From the NCBI RefSeq assembly GCF_009914755.1, contig NC_060932.1: 64,000 nt of DNA; one strand, 5' to 3'. Source of the DNA: the human T2T-CHM13v2.0 reference genome, Homo sapiens. This document shows, piece after piece, positions 24,660 to 49,800 of this stretch. Below the pieces are notes generated by a model. The model was not told the origin of the DNA. It searched no databases and saw only the letters and a list, made by a program, of their open reading frames with translations. The position numbers were made by a program, and so were the translations under genes. Each line of letters begins with the position of its first letter. Within the stretch, counting starts at the first letter, position 1.

Positions 24660-25130
24660 CTCAGATATCATTGTTTCGTTATAACATCTATGAGGGAAAA
24701 AGTGATTCCTGGCTGGGAGCACCATGTGTGGAGTGTGCACATTCTCCCCACGGCCGCCTGCTTTCCTCCACGTCCCAAAGATGTGTCCATTAGGTGAATT
24801 GGGGTGTCTCCTTGGTCCCAGCATGAGCGAGTTTGGGTGTGTGAGTTGCCCTGTGGTGGGACCCTGTCCTATCCGGGGCTGGTTCTCACCTCGCACCCTG
24901 AGCTGCCAGGATAGGCTCCAGCTACCCAGAACCGTGCATTAAAATAAGTGGGTAAATAATTATCTTGTTTTTCTTAATTTTTTTTTTTATGGGAGATTTT
25001 CCAGTAAAAACTGAGAAACCTGCTAGACATTCTAAAAGAGCTGTAGCAAGCACTGTTAATCTTTCTTTAAGGTAAGGTATGTATAACTCACATTTATTTC
25101 AGTGTTTAATACTAGAAGTGTTGGAGCTTT
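24660..25130. mobile_element. MER6 DNA transposon fragment
   Basis: 'tgtgtggagtgtgcacattctcccca...tttcctccacgtcccaaagatgtg...taggtgaattgggg...gataggctccagc' is characteristic of MER6. Confidence 0.8.
24991..25055 (-). pseudogene. U7 snRNA retropseudogene (RNU7-type)
   Basis: The minus strand reads cagtgcttgctacagctcttttagaatgtctagcaggtttctcagtttttactggaaaatctccc followed by an A-tail. Human U7 reads CAGTGTTACAGCTCTTTTAGAATTTGTCTAG plus a 3' stem-loop. Confidence 0.9.
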
Positions 25131-25459
25131 TTTTTTAATTAGAGACAGGGTCTCACTCTGTCACCTAGGTTGGAGTTCCATGGCATAGTCATGGCTTACT
25201 ACAGCCTCAAACCTCTGGGCTCAAGTGATCCTCCTGACTTAGCCTCCCAAATAGCTGGGACCACAGGTATGCAACATCACACCCAGCTAAATAAAAAATT
25301 GTTTTTTAGAGATGGAGTCTTGCTATGTTGCCCAGGCTGGTCTTGGACTCCTGGCCTCAAGTAGTCCTCCTGCTTTGGCCACTGGAAATGCTGGGATTAT
25401 AGGCATGAGCCACTGTACCTGGCTTATTACCTTGTATTGAGTGTATTATGTATGCATGA

Positions 25460-27900
<2,441 letters not shown>

Positions 27901-28140
27901 TGTTTTCTCATTGAAACAAGAAGCAAGGTCACCAGTGGGGAGGGAGGAGGGAGTGCTGAGTTTGTAAGAAGATAGGAGAAGTGGAAGGTCCTGTGGGGAG
28001 TGGGAAGGGTAGGAGTTGCTGGCAGCTCTCAGGCCCCATTAGGCAAGCAGCTCTGAATTTAAAGAGCTCAGTCAGCTGGCTGGATGTGGTGGCTCACGTC
28101 TGTAATCCCAGCAGTTTGGGAGGCCTAGGCGGGCAGATCA

Positions 28141-28514
<374 letters not shown>

Positions 28515-28954
28515 TCATGCAACTTACAGTGAACACAGTGCCCCAGATCATGGGCTCTAAGCTAGGTATGGAGGGGAGAAGAGGACATGAAGGAAGGAAT
28601 GAGGAACAGTGAAGAGGTGGCAGGGCTGATGTGTTTATACGTTTGTTTAAAGTATCTGTCTCGGTTTTTTAATGGAGTTCAAGCATATCCCCACCCCTCT
28701 GCAACTCATCCAGGATTCACTAATGGTCAGAGGAGTGTTGTGCACCACAGACCAGTCTGTCCTGGTGTTGGATGTTAAAAGTGGAGCCACAAAGAAGCCA
28801 TCTTATGTGGGACAGGCTTGGGTGTGAGACCAGAGCTGTGGGTAGCAGCATGTTGGGTCAGGATGAGGGGCAGAGGAAACACTTTCCACCTCTTGGATAT
28901 GGATTTTATCCTGCCCTGATTCAGGAGATCCCCATCTATTAAGTAAGGGGAAAG

Positions 28955-30565
28955 ATGATTTTGTTGTCTTTTGTTTCAGATTCTAATGTAGGAACTGGTG
29001 AGAAGAAGGTGACTGAAGCCTGGATTTCTGAGGATGAAAACTCACATAGGACGACGTCAGACAGACTCACGGTGATGGAGCTCCCCTCTCCCGAGTCTGA
29101 GGAAGTCCACGAGCCCAGATTAGGGGAGCTCTTGGGAAATCCAGAAGGTCAGAGCCTGGGGAGTTCCCCCTCTCAGGACAGGGGCTGCAAGCAGGTGACA
29201 GTGACCCATTGGAAGATCCAGACAGGAGAGACAGCTCAAGTGTGCACCAAGTCAGGAAGAAACCATATTCTGAACTCAGACCTTCTTCTGCTTCAGAGAG
29301 AGCTCATAGAGGGGGAAGCCAATCCTTGCGATATCTGTGGCAAAACCTTCACGTTTAATTCGGACCTAGTTAGGCATCGGATTTCGCATGCTGGGGAGAA
29401 ACCTTACACGTGCGATCAGTGTGGGAAAGGCTTTGGCCAGAGCTCACACCTTATGGAGCATCAGAGAATTCACACTGGAGAGAGACTCTACGTCTGTAAT
29501 GTGTGTGGGAAAGACTTCATTCACTATTCAGGTCTCATTGAGCATCAGCGCGTTCATTCAGGAGAAAAGCCCTTCAAATGTGCGCAGTGTGGGAAGGCGT
29601 TTTGTCACAGTTCAGACCTGATTAGGCACCAGAGAGTTCACACCAGAGAGAGACCTTTTGAATGCAAAGAGTGTGGGAAAGGCTTCAGTCAGAGCTCCTT
29701 ACTTATTCGCCATCAGAGGATTCACACGGGAGAAAGGCCCTATGAGTGCAATGAATGTGGGAAATCCTTCATAAGGAGCTCGAGCCTCATTCGCCATTAT
29801 CAGATCCACACAGAAGTGAAACAGTATGAATGCAAAGAATGTGGGAAGGCATTCCGTCATCGCTCAGACCTTATTGAACACCAGAGAATTCACACCGGAG
29901 AGAGACCCTTTGAATGCAATGAGTGTGGGAAAGCCTTTATTCGGAGTTCAAAGCTCATTCAGCATCAGAGGATCCATACTGGGGAGAGGCCTTACGTATG
30001 CAATGAGTGTGGGAAGCGCTTCAGCCAGACGTCAAACTTCACCCAGCATCAGAGAATTCACACTGGAGAGAAACTCTATGAATGTAACGAGTGTGGGAAA
30101 GCTTTCTTTCTGAGTTCATACCTTATTCGACACCAGAAAATCCACACTGGAGAGAGAGTGTATGAATGTAAGGAATGTGGGAAAGCGTTTCTCCAGAAAG
30201 CCCATCTCACTGAGCACCAGAAGATCCACTCTGGGGACAGGCCCTTCGAATGTAAAGACTGTGGGAAAGCCTTCATCCAGAGCTCCAAGCTGCTTCTGCA
30301 CCAGATTATTCACACTGGAGAAAAGCCCTATGTGTGCAGTTATTGTGGGAAAGGCTTTATTCAGAGGTCAAACTTCCTTCAACACCAGAAAATTCATACT
30401 GAAGAGAAGCTCTATGAATGTAGTCAGTATGGGAGAGATTTTAACTCAACTACAAACGTTAAAAATAATCAAAGGGTTCACCAAGAGGGACTCTCCTTGA
30501 GTAAGGCCCCCATACATTTGGGTGAGAGGTCTGTAGATAAGGGGGAACACACAGGTAACTTATAA
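28955..30565 (+). CDS. ZNF623: Zinc finger protein 623: 536-aa ORF with 13 intact C2H2 fingers and no KRAB domain in the ORF. The spliced form probably starts at ATG 29075 (496 aa).
   Basis: Uninterrupted ORF with 13 CxxC-x12-HxxxH fingers and TGEKP-type linkers, flanked by degenerate fingers. I recognise the N-terminus [23 protein letters not shown] and the length as ZNF623. Acceptor ttttgtttcag at 28979/28980. ATG 29075 has a strong Kozak context (gtgATGG). Confidence 0.93.
   Translation: MILLSFVSDSNVGTGEKKVTEAWISEDENSHRTTSDRLTVMELPSPESEEVHEPRLGELLGNPEGQSLGSSPSQDRGCKQVTVTHWKIQTGETAQVCTKSGRNHILNSDLLLLQRELIEGEANPCDICGKTFTFNSDLVRHRISHAGEKPYTCDQCGKGFGQSSHLMEHQRIHTGERLYVCNVCGKDFIHYSGLIEHQRVHSGEKPFKCAQCGKAFCHSSDLIRHQRVHTRERPFECKECGKGFSQSSLLIRHQRIHTGERPYECNECGKSFIRSSSLIRHYQIHTEVKQYECKECGKAFRHRSDLIEHQRIHTGERPFECNECGKAFIRSSKLIQHQRIHTGERPYVCNECGKRFSQTSNFTQHQRIHTGEKLYECNECGKAFFLSSYLIRHQKIHTGERVYECKECGKAFLQKAHLTEHQKIHSGDRPFECKDCGKAFIQSSKLLLHQIIHTGEKPYVCSYCGKGFIQRSNFLQHQKIHTEEKLYECSQYGRDFNSTTNVKNNQRVHQEGLSLSKAPIHLGERSVDKGEHTGNL
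29034..29075 (+). promoter_or_regulatory. 13-codon uORF ([13 protein letters not shown]) whose stop overlaps the ATG at 29075
   Basis: ATG 29034 (context aggATGa) reads to TGA 29073-29075, giving TGATG. Confidence 0.55.
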
Positions 30566-31437
30566 AATAATTACTTTCCCGCCCAGTGAGTGATGTTTGG
30601 AAATGCGTGGAATTAGGATTCATGTGGTTTCTAAGATTTGGACATGTCAGAATTTTGTGAGTCATGGATGGGGCTGCTTTTGCAGTGGGTGCCACCTGCC
30701 ACTGTGCAGCCCTACTCGGCTCAGCCCTTCTCCTCAGCTGTGAGCACTGTCCTCAGGAGAGTCACAGGGCTTGACACCTGACTCTGAGCTGGAACAGTAG
30801 GGGCAGGGAGAAGACAGGTCTCAAGAAAAGGTTTTTAAGAAGTTTCATCCCCAGTTAAGCAGAGTCCATCCTTGACTTAAATCCCTTATTACAGCACAAC
30901 TGTGTATCTAATCTTACGATTTAGGAGAATGTTACCTAGGACATTTTGATGTGTTAAGTTGAAGAAAGGTAACTCGTGTATGAACCCCGAGCCATTTCCC
31001 TGTTGTCCTGAGGAGGAACTCCAGGCCTCCCATCGTGTGCCCTAAGGCCTCCTGCGTCCTGGAGCCCTGCCTCCCACTGCCTGACTTCCTGCCACACGGT
31101 TAATGCTGCAGCAACACCGACTGCTTCATCTTCCCTGTGCTCCACGTGGCTTCCTACCTCTCTCGCCTTTGTTCTTGTTGAAGGGTCTCTTCTCAGCTAA
31201 TTAACTCTGAATCATGGTTCAAGACAAGCCTCAGGCATCATGTCAATGGGTGTTTCCCTCAAGCTTAGTTGGCAGCACTCTCCACACTTCTGTGGCTCAG
31301 TGATTACTGCTATTACTATATTTACTTGCATATGTCAGAATGATGTGATAGACTATCTCTGTCACTATGCTGTTGGGTTCCTGAGGACAGTGATCATATC
31401 TGATTGATTTCCATGTGTCCACTGTCTAGCACAGGGC

Positions 31438-31443
31438 AATAAA
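31438..31443 (+). terminator. Candidate polyadenylation signal for ZNF623
   Basis: AATAAA about 870 nt after the stop, followed by GT/T-rich tracts (tctatgtgt, cttgctttgtcc, tgtttttttgttgtttg). Confidence 0.6.
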
Positions 31444-32494
31444 AAATACACCCCTAAATCTATGTGTAATTGGCATCTCTCTTGCTTTGTCCTTTCTATA
31501 CTGCCATTCTAAAAATTTTCAGCTGTTGGCTGTTTTTTTTGTTGTTTGTTCATTTTGTATCAGTATAATCTACGATTCTGTTAGAAGTATCTTCTCAGCC
31601 CTGCTACTGTCTGCTGCTCCTACTTAGAAGTTGCAGGCAATATCCTGTGCACATCCACGCCCTCCTGTGTGCCACCTTACAGCTCATGCAGAACTGTCTA
31701 CTTGATCTGGAGGGCATTGACACCTGGCTCAGCTGGAACAGTGGGGACAGGAGGAGGCAGGTCTCAAGAGAAGGTCTTTACTTACTTGTCTGTATCTTTC
31801 TGTCTCACTCGAAAGGCACAGTCTCAATGCGCTACGTAACTCTTCTGTTGTAGCAGTTCTGAGGTTGAACTGAGCTCTTGTCATTTTCCATGCTCTCTGG
31901 CTCATTGTGTCATTTCAAAATGTATTGATATCTATAAGGAATAGTCCTCAATGTTGGGAAAACAGATGAGCAACCCACTACCCTGAAGTCATCCACCGTG
32001 TAGTGGGGAAGACGGAGATCACAGTAGGGTGAGTTAAGTATGTGCCCTCAGGTGTGAAGGAGCACAGGTGAGGGGGTGCCTGCTGTGGCACAGAGCTGGG
32101 AAGGCCTTACAGAAGAGGTGACATTTCAGCTGGGCCAGAGATCAGTAGAGAGCAGCTGAAGAAGAAAATAGGGTCCAGGAGAGGAATCTGCAGAAACATG
32201 GAGCCATGACAGATGGCTTTTTGGCTAGGACTGTTCGAAAGCAGGCGAGGTAAATGGACAGTGGACAGCCGCCTCGCCAAACTGTTAGTCTTTACCTCTG
32301 AATTTCATCTGGACATGAACCCCAAAGTCCAGTTTTGTAACGATATAATTTTTTTCTCATGAGGCCATATTTTGAGTTCTTAAATACTACCAACCCTGAA
32401 CGTCTCAGGACAAATAATTCAAAAAAGAGATCTACATTTTCTGGAAAATCAGCATTACTAGAGATGTTTCAAATGTAGATTTTACCAGACCATT

Positions 32495-36230
<3,736 letters not shown>

Positions 36231-36544
36231 TAAAAGGATCTCCTCTGGCAGGGCGCAGTGGCTCACTCTGTCGCCCGAGCTGGAGCGCAGTGGTGAGATC
36301 TCAGCTCGCTGCAACCTCTGATTCCTGGGTTCAAGCAATTCTCCTGCCTCAGCCTCCTGAGTAGCTGGGATTACAGGCACCCACCATTATGCCAAACTAA
36401 TTTTTTCTATTTTTAGTAGAGACGGGTGTTTCACCATGTTGACCAGGCTGGTCTCAAACCCTTGACTTCATGATTCGCCTGCCTCGGCCTCCCAAAGTGC
36501 TGGGATTACAGGCATGAGCCACCGCGCCCAGCCAGAGTAGATTA

Positions 36545-39080
<2,536 letters not shown>

Positions 39081-39363
39081 TTTCCTTTTTTTTTGAGATG
39101 GAGTTTCACTCTTGTTGCCCAGGCTGGAGTGCAATGACGTGGTCTTGGCTCACTGCAGCCTCCGCCTCCCAGTTCAAGTGAGTCTCCTGCCTCAGCCTCC
39201 CGAGTAGCTGGGATTACAGGTGCCCACCACAATGCACGGCTAATTTTTTGTATTTTTAATAGAGATGGGGTTTCAACATGACGGCCAGGCTGGTCTCAAA
39301 CTCCTGACCTCAGGTGATCTGCCCCCCTCAGCCTCCCAAAGTGCTGGGATGACATGGACATGA

Positions 39364-44240
<4,877 letters not shown>

Positions 44241-45774
44241 GGAAGGGGAGGTCACTGTACCATTTTTTATGTAACCGGTAAATATAAATTGGTAAGGAGT
44301 TGACAATCCTATTAATTTGGAGTCAGCTACCTGGTGGCTATCAGTCTCATTCTCTCTCCTGCCCACCTTTCCTGCCTGTGTTCCTGGCGTTCTTTTTGAA
44401 AGCAGGCTGCAAGCAGTCACATCGTCACCCTGGGGCATTTCCCTGTGCTTTGTGCTGCCTGGAAGAGCTCATAGCCAAGGAAGGGTGAAGACGGCGCGCT
44501 GCGGTGTGCGGCTTCTAGGCTGTGGAGCTCTAGTGTTGCCTTTTGGGTTCAGGGACCCACTGGGCCACTGTGAGGTGGGCTGGAGCTGCATTTCACCGAC
44601 TGCCTTGCTGCAGGAGCCCTGCTCTGACTGGAGGGCCACAGAGCACACCGGGCCCCCCCGTAAGCCAGGTACGAGACTACCCGTCTCCTGCAGCAGGGCT
44701 CGGGGACCTCCCCATGGAGCCACAGGCATGGGCTTGGGGAGAGGCCCAGTGGAGAATAGAGGGTGGCACGGGGACCTGGGCCATCCTTGTGCCTTCTGGA
44801 CCTGCCCAAGCCCAATCTTGGACTCCACTTCCATCTCCCAGTAAACTCCTGACGGCCCCTTGGATGTGCGACTGGTAGCTCCGACAGCACCCAGTCACGA
44901 TGGGCAGCGCCAGTCTCATAAACACCGTGGCCTCCACGGTCAGGGCCCGAACACTTGCCCGCACCACCTACCAGCTGGTGGAGTCCCCTGAACATGACGG
45001 GGCCCTGCGCCGGTGGCCTTGGGCCTGGGCTGCACATCCTGCACTGAGGCTCGTCACGGGCGCCACTCGTGTCTTTGCCACACATGTGAAGCCTGTGGGA
45101 ACTTCACGGCCACATGACCCACGTGGCAGGACTGCCTGTCACCCAGCCTGGGCCTGCCTCAGCCCCTTCCCTTGCTCCAGACCCCACTCAGAGCCGACGG
45201 CTTTCCCTCTCCCCCGCCAAGGGCAGAACATATTGCCTTCAAGCCCAAAGAGGCATCGGGCCTGCCCCAGCACCCTACAGGCCACCGCACCCTGAGAACA
45301 TTGCTCATGGGGCAGGTCTCTGAAGTGTACGGAGTCTGCCTCCTGCCCTCCACAGCGCCCGTGTTTTTCTGAGGCCATCAGCGCACCTGCTATCTCTGCA
45401 TGAGTCCAGTGCCCATTAAGGCATCCACTGAATGGGCCAACCTTTGCTCGTGGACCATCCAGTGGGTCAGGCCTTTGGGCCATGTTGGGACGAGGCACCC
45501 CACTCGGTTCTGGAGCGACCGTACCTGTGTGCCGCTGTTGGCCCCGCGTGGGCAGGAACTGCTCCGATTCCCCTTCCAAACAGGTTTCGGAAATGATGTG
45601 TTTATCAGACCAGTAGCCAAAAACCACATGCACGTGGCCACATCAGTCTCTTCTGGAAAGACCATGTGGATGGCCACAAGCGTGCCTCAGCTACTACTGT
45701 TTAAGCCTGTGGTAGTCCACTGCTGTCCACCACGGTCATGCAGCTTCCGCAGGGGTTGGGTTTCCAGATTGTAA

Positions 45775-46190
45775 GGCGGGTGGGGACAGGCAGATGGGGA
45801 CAAGGGGGACAAGAACAAGAGGGACAGGGACAAGGGAGTGTATGGGGACAAGGGGAATGGGGATGAGGGGGATGGAACAAGGCGGGTGGGGACAAGAGGG
45901 ACAGGGATAAGGGGGATGGGGACAAGGAGGGCAGGGTAAAGGGGGATGTGAATTAAGGGGACAGGAACAAGGTGGATAAGGGGACGGGGACAAGAAGGAT
46001 GAGGACAAGGGGGATGGGGATGAGAGGGATGGGGATAAGGTGGGCGGGGATGAGGGGGACAGAAACAAGGGGGATGGGGATGAGGTGGGTGGGGACAAGG
46101 GACAGGAAGAAGGTGGGTGGGGACGAGGGGCACAGGGACTAGGGGCACTGGGACGAGGAGCCTGGGGACGAGGGGGATGGGAGCAAGGCG
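45775..46190. repeat. G/A-rich low-complexity tract (degenerate GGGGACAAG / GGGGATG units)
   Basis: About 400 bp strongly dominated by purines on the + strand, with many GGG/GGGG runs. Confidence 0.9.
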
Positions 46191-46448
46191 AGTGCGGATC
46201 TTTTACGTCTTCACAGGTGGCCTTAACGCCTGCCATTCTCCACAGAGGGTAGAGTTGCAGGAGCTTCCACTTTGATTTTCCCACTACAAGACTCACTCTG
46301 TTGATCAAGGAACCAGTTGAGGTTTTGCCCAGTTGCCAGGTGTGTCCAAAGTGATTTTGTTCCTTTCACAGGACATTCTGCCTCCCTGACAGCGCGGGGG
46401 ATGCTTCCATGGCCTCCACAAGTTATAAAATACTCCAACACCAGTAGT

Positions 46449-47645
46449 ATGTTAGTTACACCAGGGTGCCATTAAAAATACTGCAGAGTAGGTTACTTAA
46501 CAACAGAAATTAATTATTCTCTCACAGTTCCGGAAGCCAGAAGAGACTAAAGTGTCCCAGGTTGGGTTTTGCCGGAGGCTCCTCTCCTTGGCTTGCCGAT
46601 GGCCGCCTTCTTGCTGTGTCCTTGTGTGGCCTCCCTCCCTCCTCCGTGTGCACACACATCCCATGCTGTATCCCTGCGTGGCCTCCCTCCCTCCGTGTGC
46701 ACACACATCCCATCCTGTGTCCCTGCGTGCCCCTCCCTCCTCTGTGTGCACACACATCCCATGCTGTGTCCATGCGTGGCCTCCCTCTCTCCGTGTGCAC
46801 ACACATCCCATCCTGTGTCCCTGCGTGCCCCTCCCTCCTCTGTGTGCACACACATCCCATGCTGTGTCCATGCGTGGCCTCCCTCTCTCCGTGTGCACAC
46901 ACATCCCATCCTGTGTCCCTGCGTGCCCCTCCCTCCTCTGTGTGCACACACATCCCATGCTGTGTCCATGCGTGGCCTCCCTCTCTCCGTGTGCACACAC
47001 ATCCCATCCTGTGTCCCTGCGTGCCCCTCCCTCCTCTGTGTGCACACACATCCCATGCTGTGTCCATGCGTGGCCTCCCTCTCTCCGTGTGCACACACAT
47101 CCCATCCTGTGTCCCTGCGTGCCCCTCCCTCCTCTGTGTGCACACACATCCCATGCTGTGTCCATGCGTGGCCTCCCTCCCTCCGTGTGCACACACATCC
47201 CATCCTGTGTCCCCGTGAGGCCTTCCTTCCCTCCATGTGCACACATATCCCATCCTGTGTCCCTACGTGGCCCTCCCTCCTCCGTGTGCATGTACATCCC
47301 ACGCTGTGTCCATGCGTGGCCCTCCCTCCTTCCTCCATGTGCACATACATCCCACGCTGTGTCCCCTCGAGGCCCTACCTCCCTCCATGTGCACACACAT
47401 CCCATGCTGTGTCCCCGCAAGGCCCTCCCTCCCTCTGTGCAAACACACATCCCATGTCTCTCTGTGCATCCAAATTTCCTCCTCTTAGAAGGACCCTAGT
47501 CAGATCAGGTTAGGGCCCACCCAAAGGCCCCATTTTAACTTTACTACCTCTTTAGAGGCCCTATCTCCAAATCCAATCACATTCTCAGGTACCGGGCATT
47601 AGGTTCAGCATTTCAATTTGGGGGGAAACAAATCAACCCATAACA
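46449..47645 (-). mobile_element. MLT1B-like LTR hosting a 49-bp VNTR
   Basis: 'cttaacaacagaaatt...ctcacagttccggaagccagaag...ggcttgccgatggccgccttcttgctgtgtcc' on the left and 'ccaaatttcctcctcttagaaggac...tagggcccaccc...caacccataaca' on the right. Confidence 0.85.
46612..47456. repeat. Minisatellite with a 49-bp unit (about 17 copies) and a 98-bp dimer core
   Basis: Alternating units gtgtgcacacacatcccatgctgtgtccatgcgtggcctccctctctcc and gtgtgcacacacatcccatcctgtgtccctgcgtgcccctccctcctct. Confidence 0.95.
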
Positions 47646-48164
47646 GGTGGATTTCCCAAAGCCTGCATTATTCAATTGTAATCAAACACACATTATTATG
47701 TATTTTCCCTGTAAAATAAGAGACAAGATCCAGGCTTGGTGGCTCAGGTCTATAATCCTGGCACTTTGGAAGGCTGAGGCAGGCAGATGCCCAGGAGTTT
47801 GACACCAGCCTGGCCAACATGGCAAAATCTCGTGTCCACAAAAAATACAAAAATTAGCCAGACGTGGCGGCATGCACCTGTTGTCTCAGCTACTCAAGCA
47901 GCTGAGGTGGGAGGATTGCTTGAGCCCAGGAGGATGAGGTTGCAGTGAGCCAAGATCGCACCACTGCTCTCCAGCCTGAATGACAGAGTGAGACCCTGTC
48001 AAAAAAAAAAAAAAGGCAAGGTTTTCTTCCAAGTGGGAAGAAAGATGGTGGATAGGATTTTTACGGAGTGTTGAAAGAGCTACTTGGAGAATCAGAAAGA
48101 AGATTAGTTGTTGGGAGGCACAGAGTGAGTACTGAGAAAACCAAGGGCCCAACTGAGGCTTGAA

Positions 48165-48880
48165 ACTGCCAATTCTCCATTTACTGTCTTTCAGCTTCAA
48201 ATACATACTTCATCGCCTGCTTGGTGAAAATGGAGCTGGGCCCTAAATTGTTTCTCCTTTAAAGCAGGTATGACGTTAAGCTTTGTAAGTAGAGGGCACT
48301 GGAGGGACCCTGCAGGAGGAAAGTGCTTCTCTTCCTGTTCTGCACTTTCTTCTGTTTTCTTCTTGTTCCTGCCATGTGGCTGCCAGCACACTCAGTGTTG
48401 CTCACCCCCAGCCAACTTCACTTGCAATGCCATGGGTGGATCCCCGTGAGTCTTGCAGGTGCTCCACTGGTCAGCATCCAGCCTCAGCCTGCCCCAGAGA
48501 GGTGTTTCCTGCTTGCCAGTCCTGGCCAGGCTCCCTACCTGCCACCTTCAACCCCTCTACACCTGCAGGAGTGATTGCCCATTGACTGTGGACCAGCTCT
48601 GGCTACGGGAAAACCAGAGAACCTCTCCATCATCCATACTGCACCAAACAGCATCTCTGCAACCACACCTTTTCCAAGATTTGAGCCCCAGCCTTGGGGA
48701 GGAGGCCATCTTTCACATTTTCTCCTTCCTTGGGAACTCTCTGTCAGCCCAGAGTATTCTTTTGCATTATCTTTAGCCCTGTACAGATAATTCCATTATA
48801 GTAAATAATCCTTTATATTAAACGTTCCTTGCCCAAATGACTGTGCAGTTTCTGTCCGCTGATTGATTGCGCCCTGATGC
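48165..48880 (+). mobile_element. LTR41-like ERVL LTR
   Basis: 'ttcagcttcaaatac...ggagctgggccc...tttctccttt...gttaagctttgtaagtagagggcactggaggga' resembles the recalled LTR41 5' part. Confidence 0.65.
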
Positions 48881-49012
48881 AGAAAGGTAAAGTAACTTGA
48901 CATGTTGCACAGCTGGCCCACACAATCACACAGCTGAGACTGCACAAGGACAGCTTCCTCTCAAATGTGTTGGAAATAAGAGCTTGGAGTCGCAAAGAAA
49001 ATGAGCACTCAA

Positions 49013-49352
<340 letters not shown>

Positions 49353-49415
49353 CTAAAAACACACACAAAAAATTAGCCAGGGCTGGTGGTAGACACCTGT
49401 AATCCCAGCTACTCA

Positions 49416-49520
<105 letters not shown>

Positions 49521-49800
49521 TCAAAATACAAACAAAAAAAAACTTCCACTGGCTTTTTTTTGAGTGCTCACAAATTTGCCTTCTCAGCAAGGCAAATTTA
49601 CTTCTGCAGAAGAGTGCCGCTCTCTCTTCTGGCCACTGGGAGAGCACACCGAACAAAGCAGGGCAGGGGTGTTTATCCCTAAAGCAGTCACGCCCTGCTA
49701 CTGTGTCCAGTCCCCATTGGCTGGAGTCGCACCACACCATCTAAGCCGATCCCCATTGGCTACTTCAAATGGATCAGGGGCGGCTACAGTGGCCAAATAA

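Noticed and set aside
29388-30500. Alternative-frame and antisense ORFs within the zinc-finger exon
   Set aside because: They are the usual shadow ORFs of C2H2 finger arrays.
44317-45774. Moderately CpG-rich unique region with several 100-180 aa ORFs
   Set aside because: No domain similarity or convincing exon structure is visible, and ORFs of this size are expected at this GC content. A regulatory role cannot be supported from sequence alone.
46497-47513. Six overlapping ORFs of 218-317 aa
   Set aside because: All come from the 49-bp VNTR inside an MLT1B LTR.
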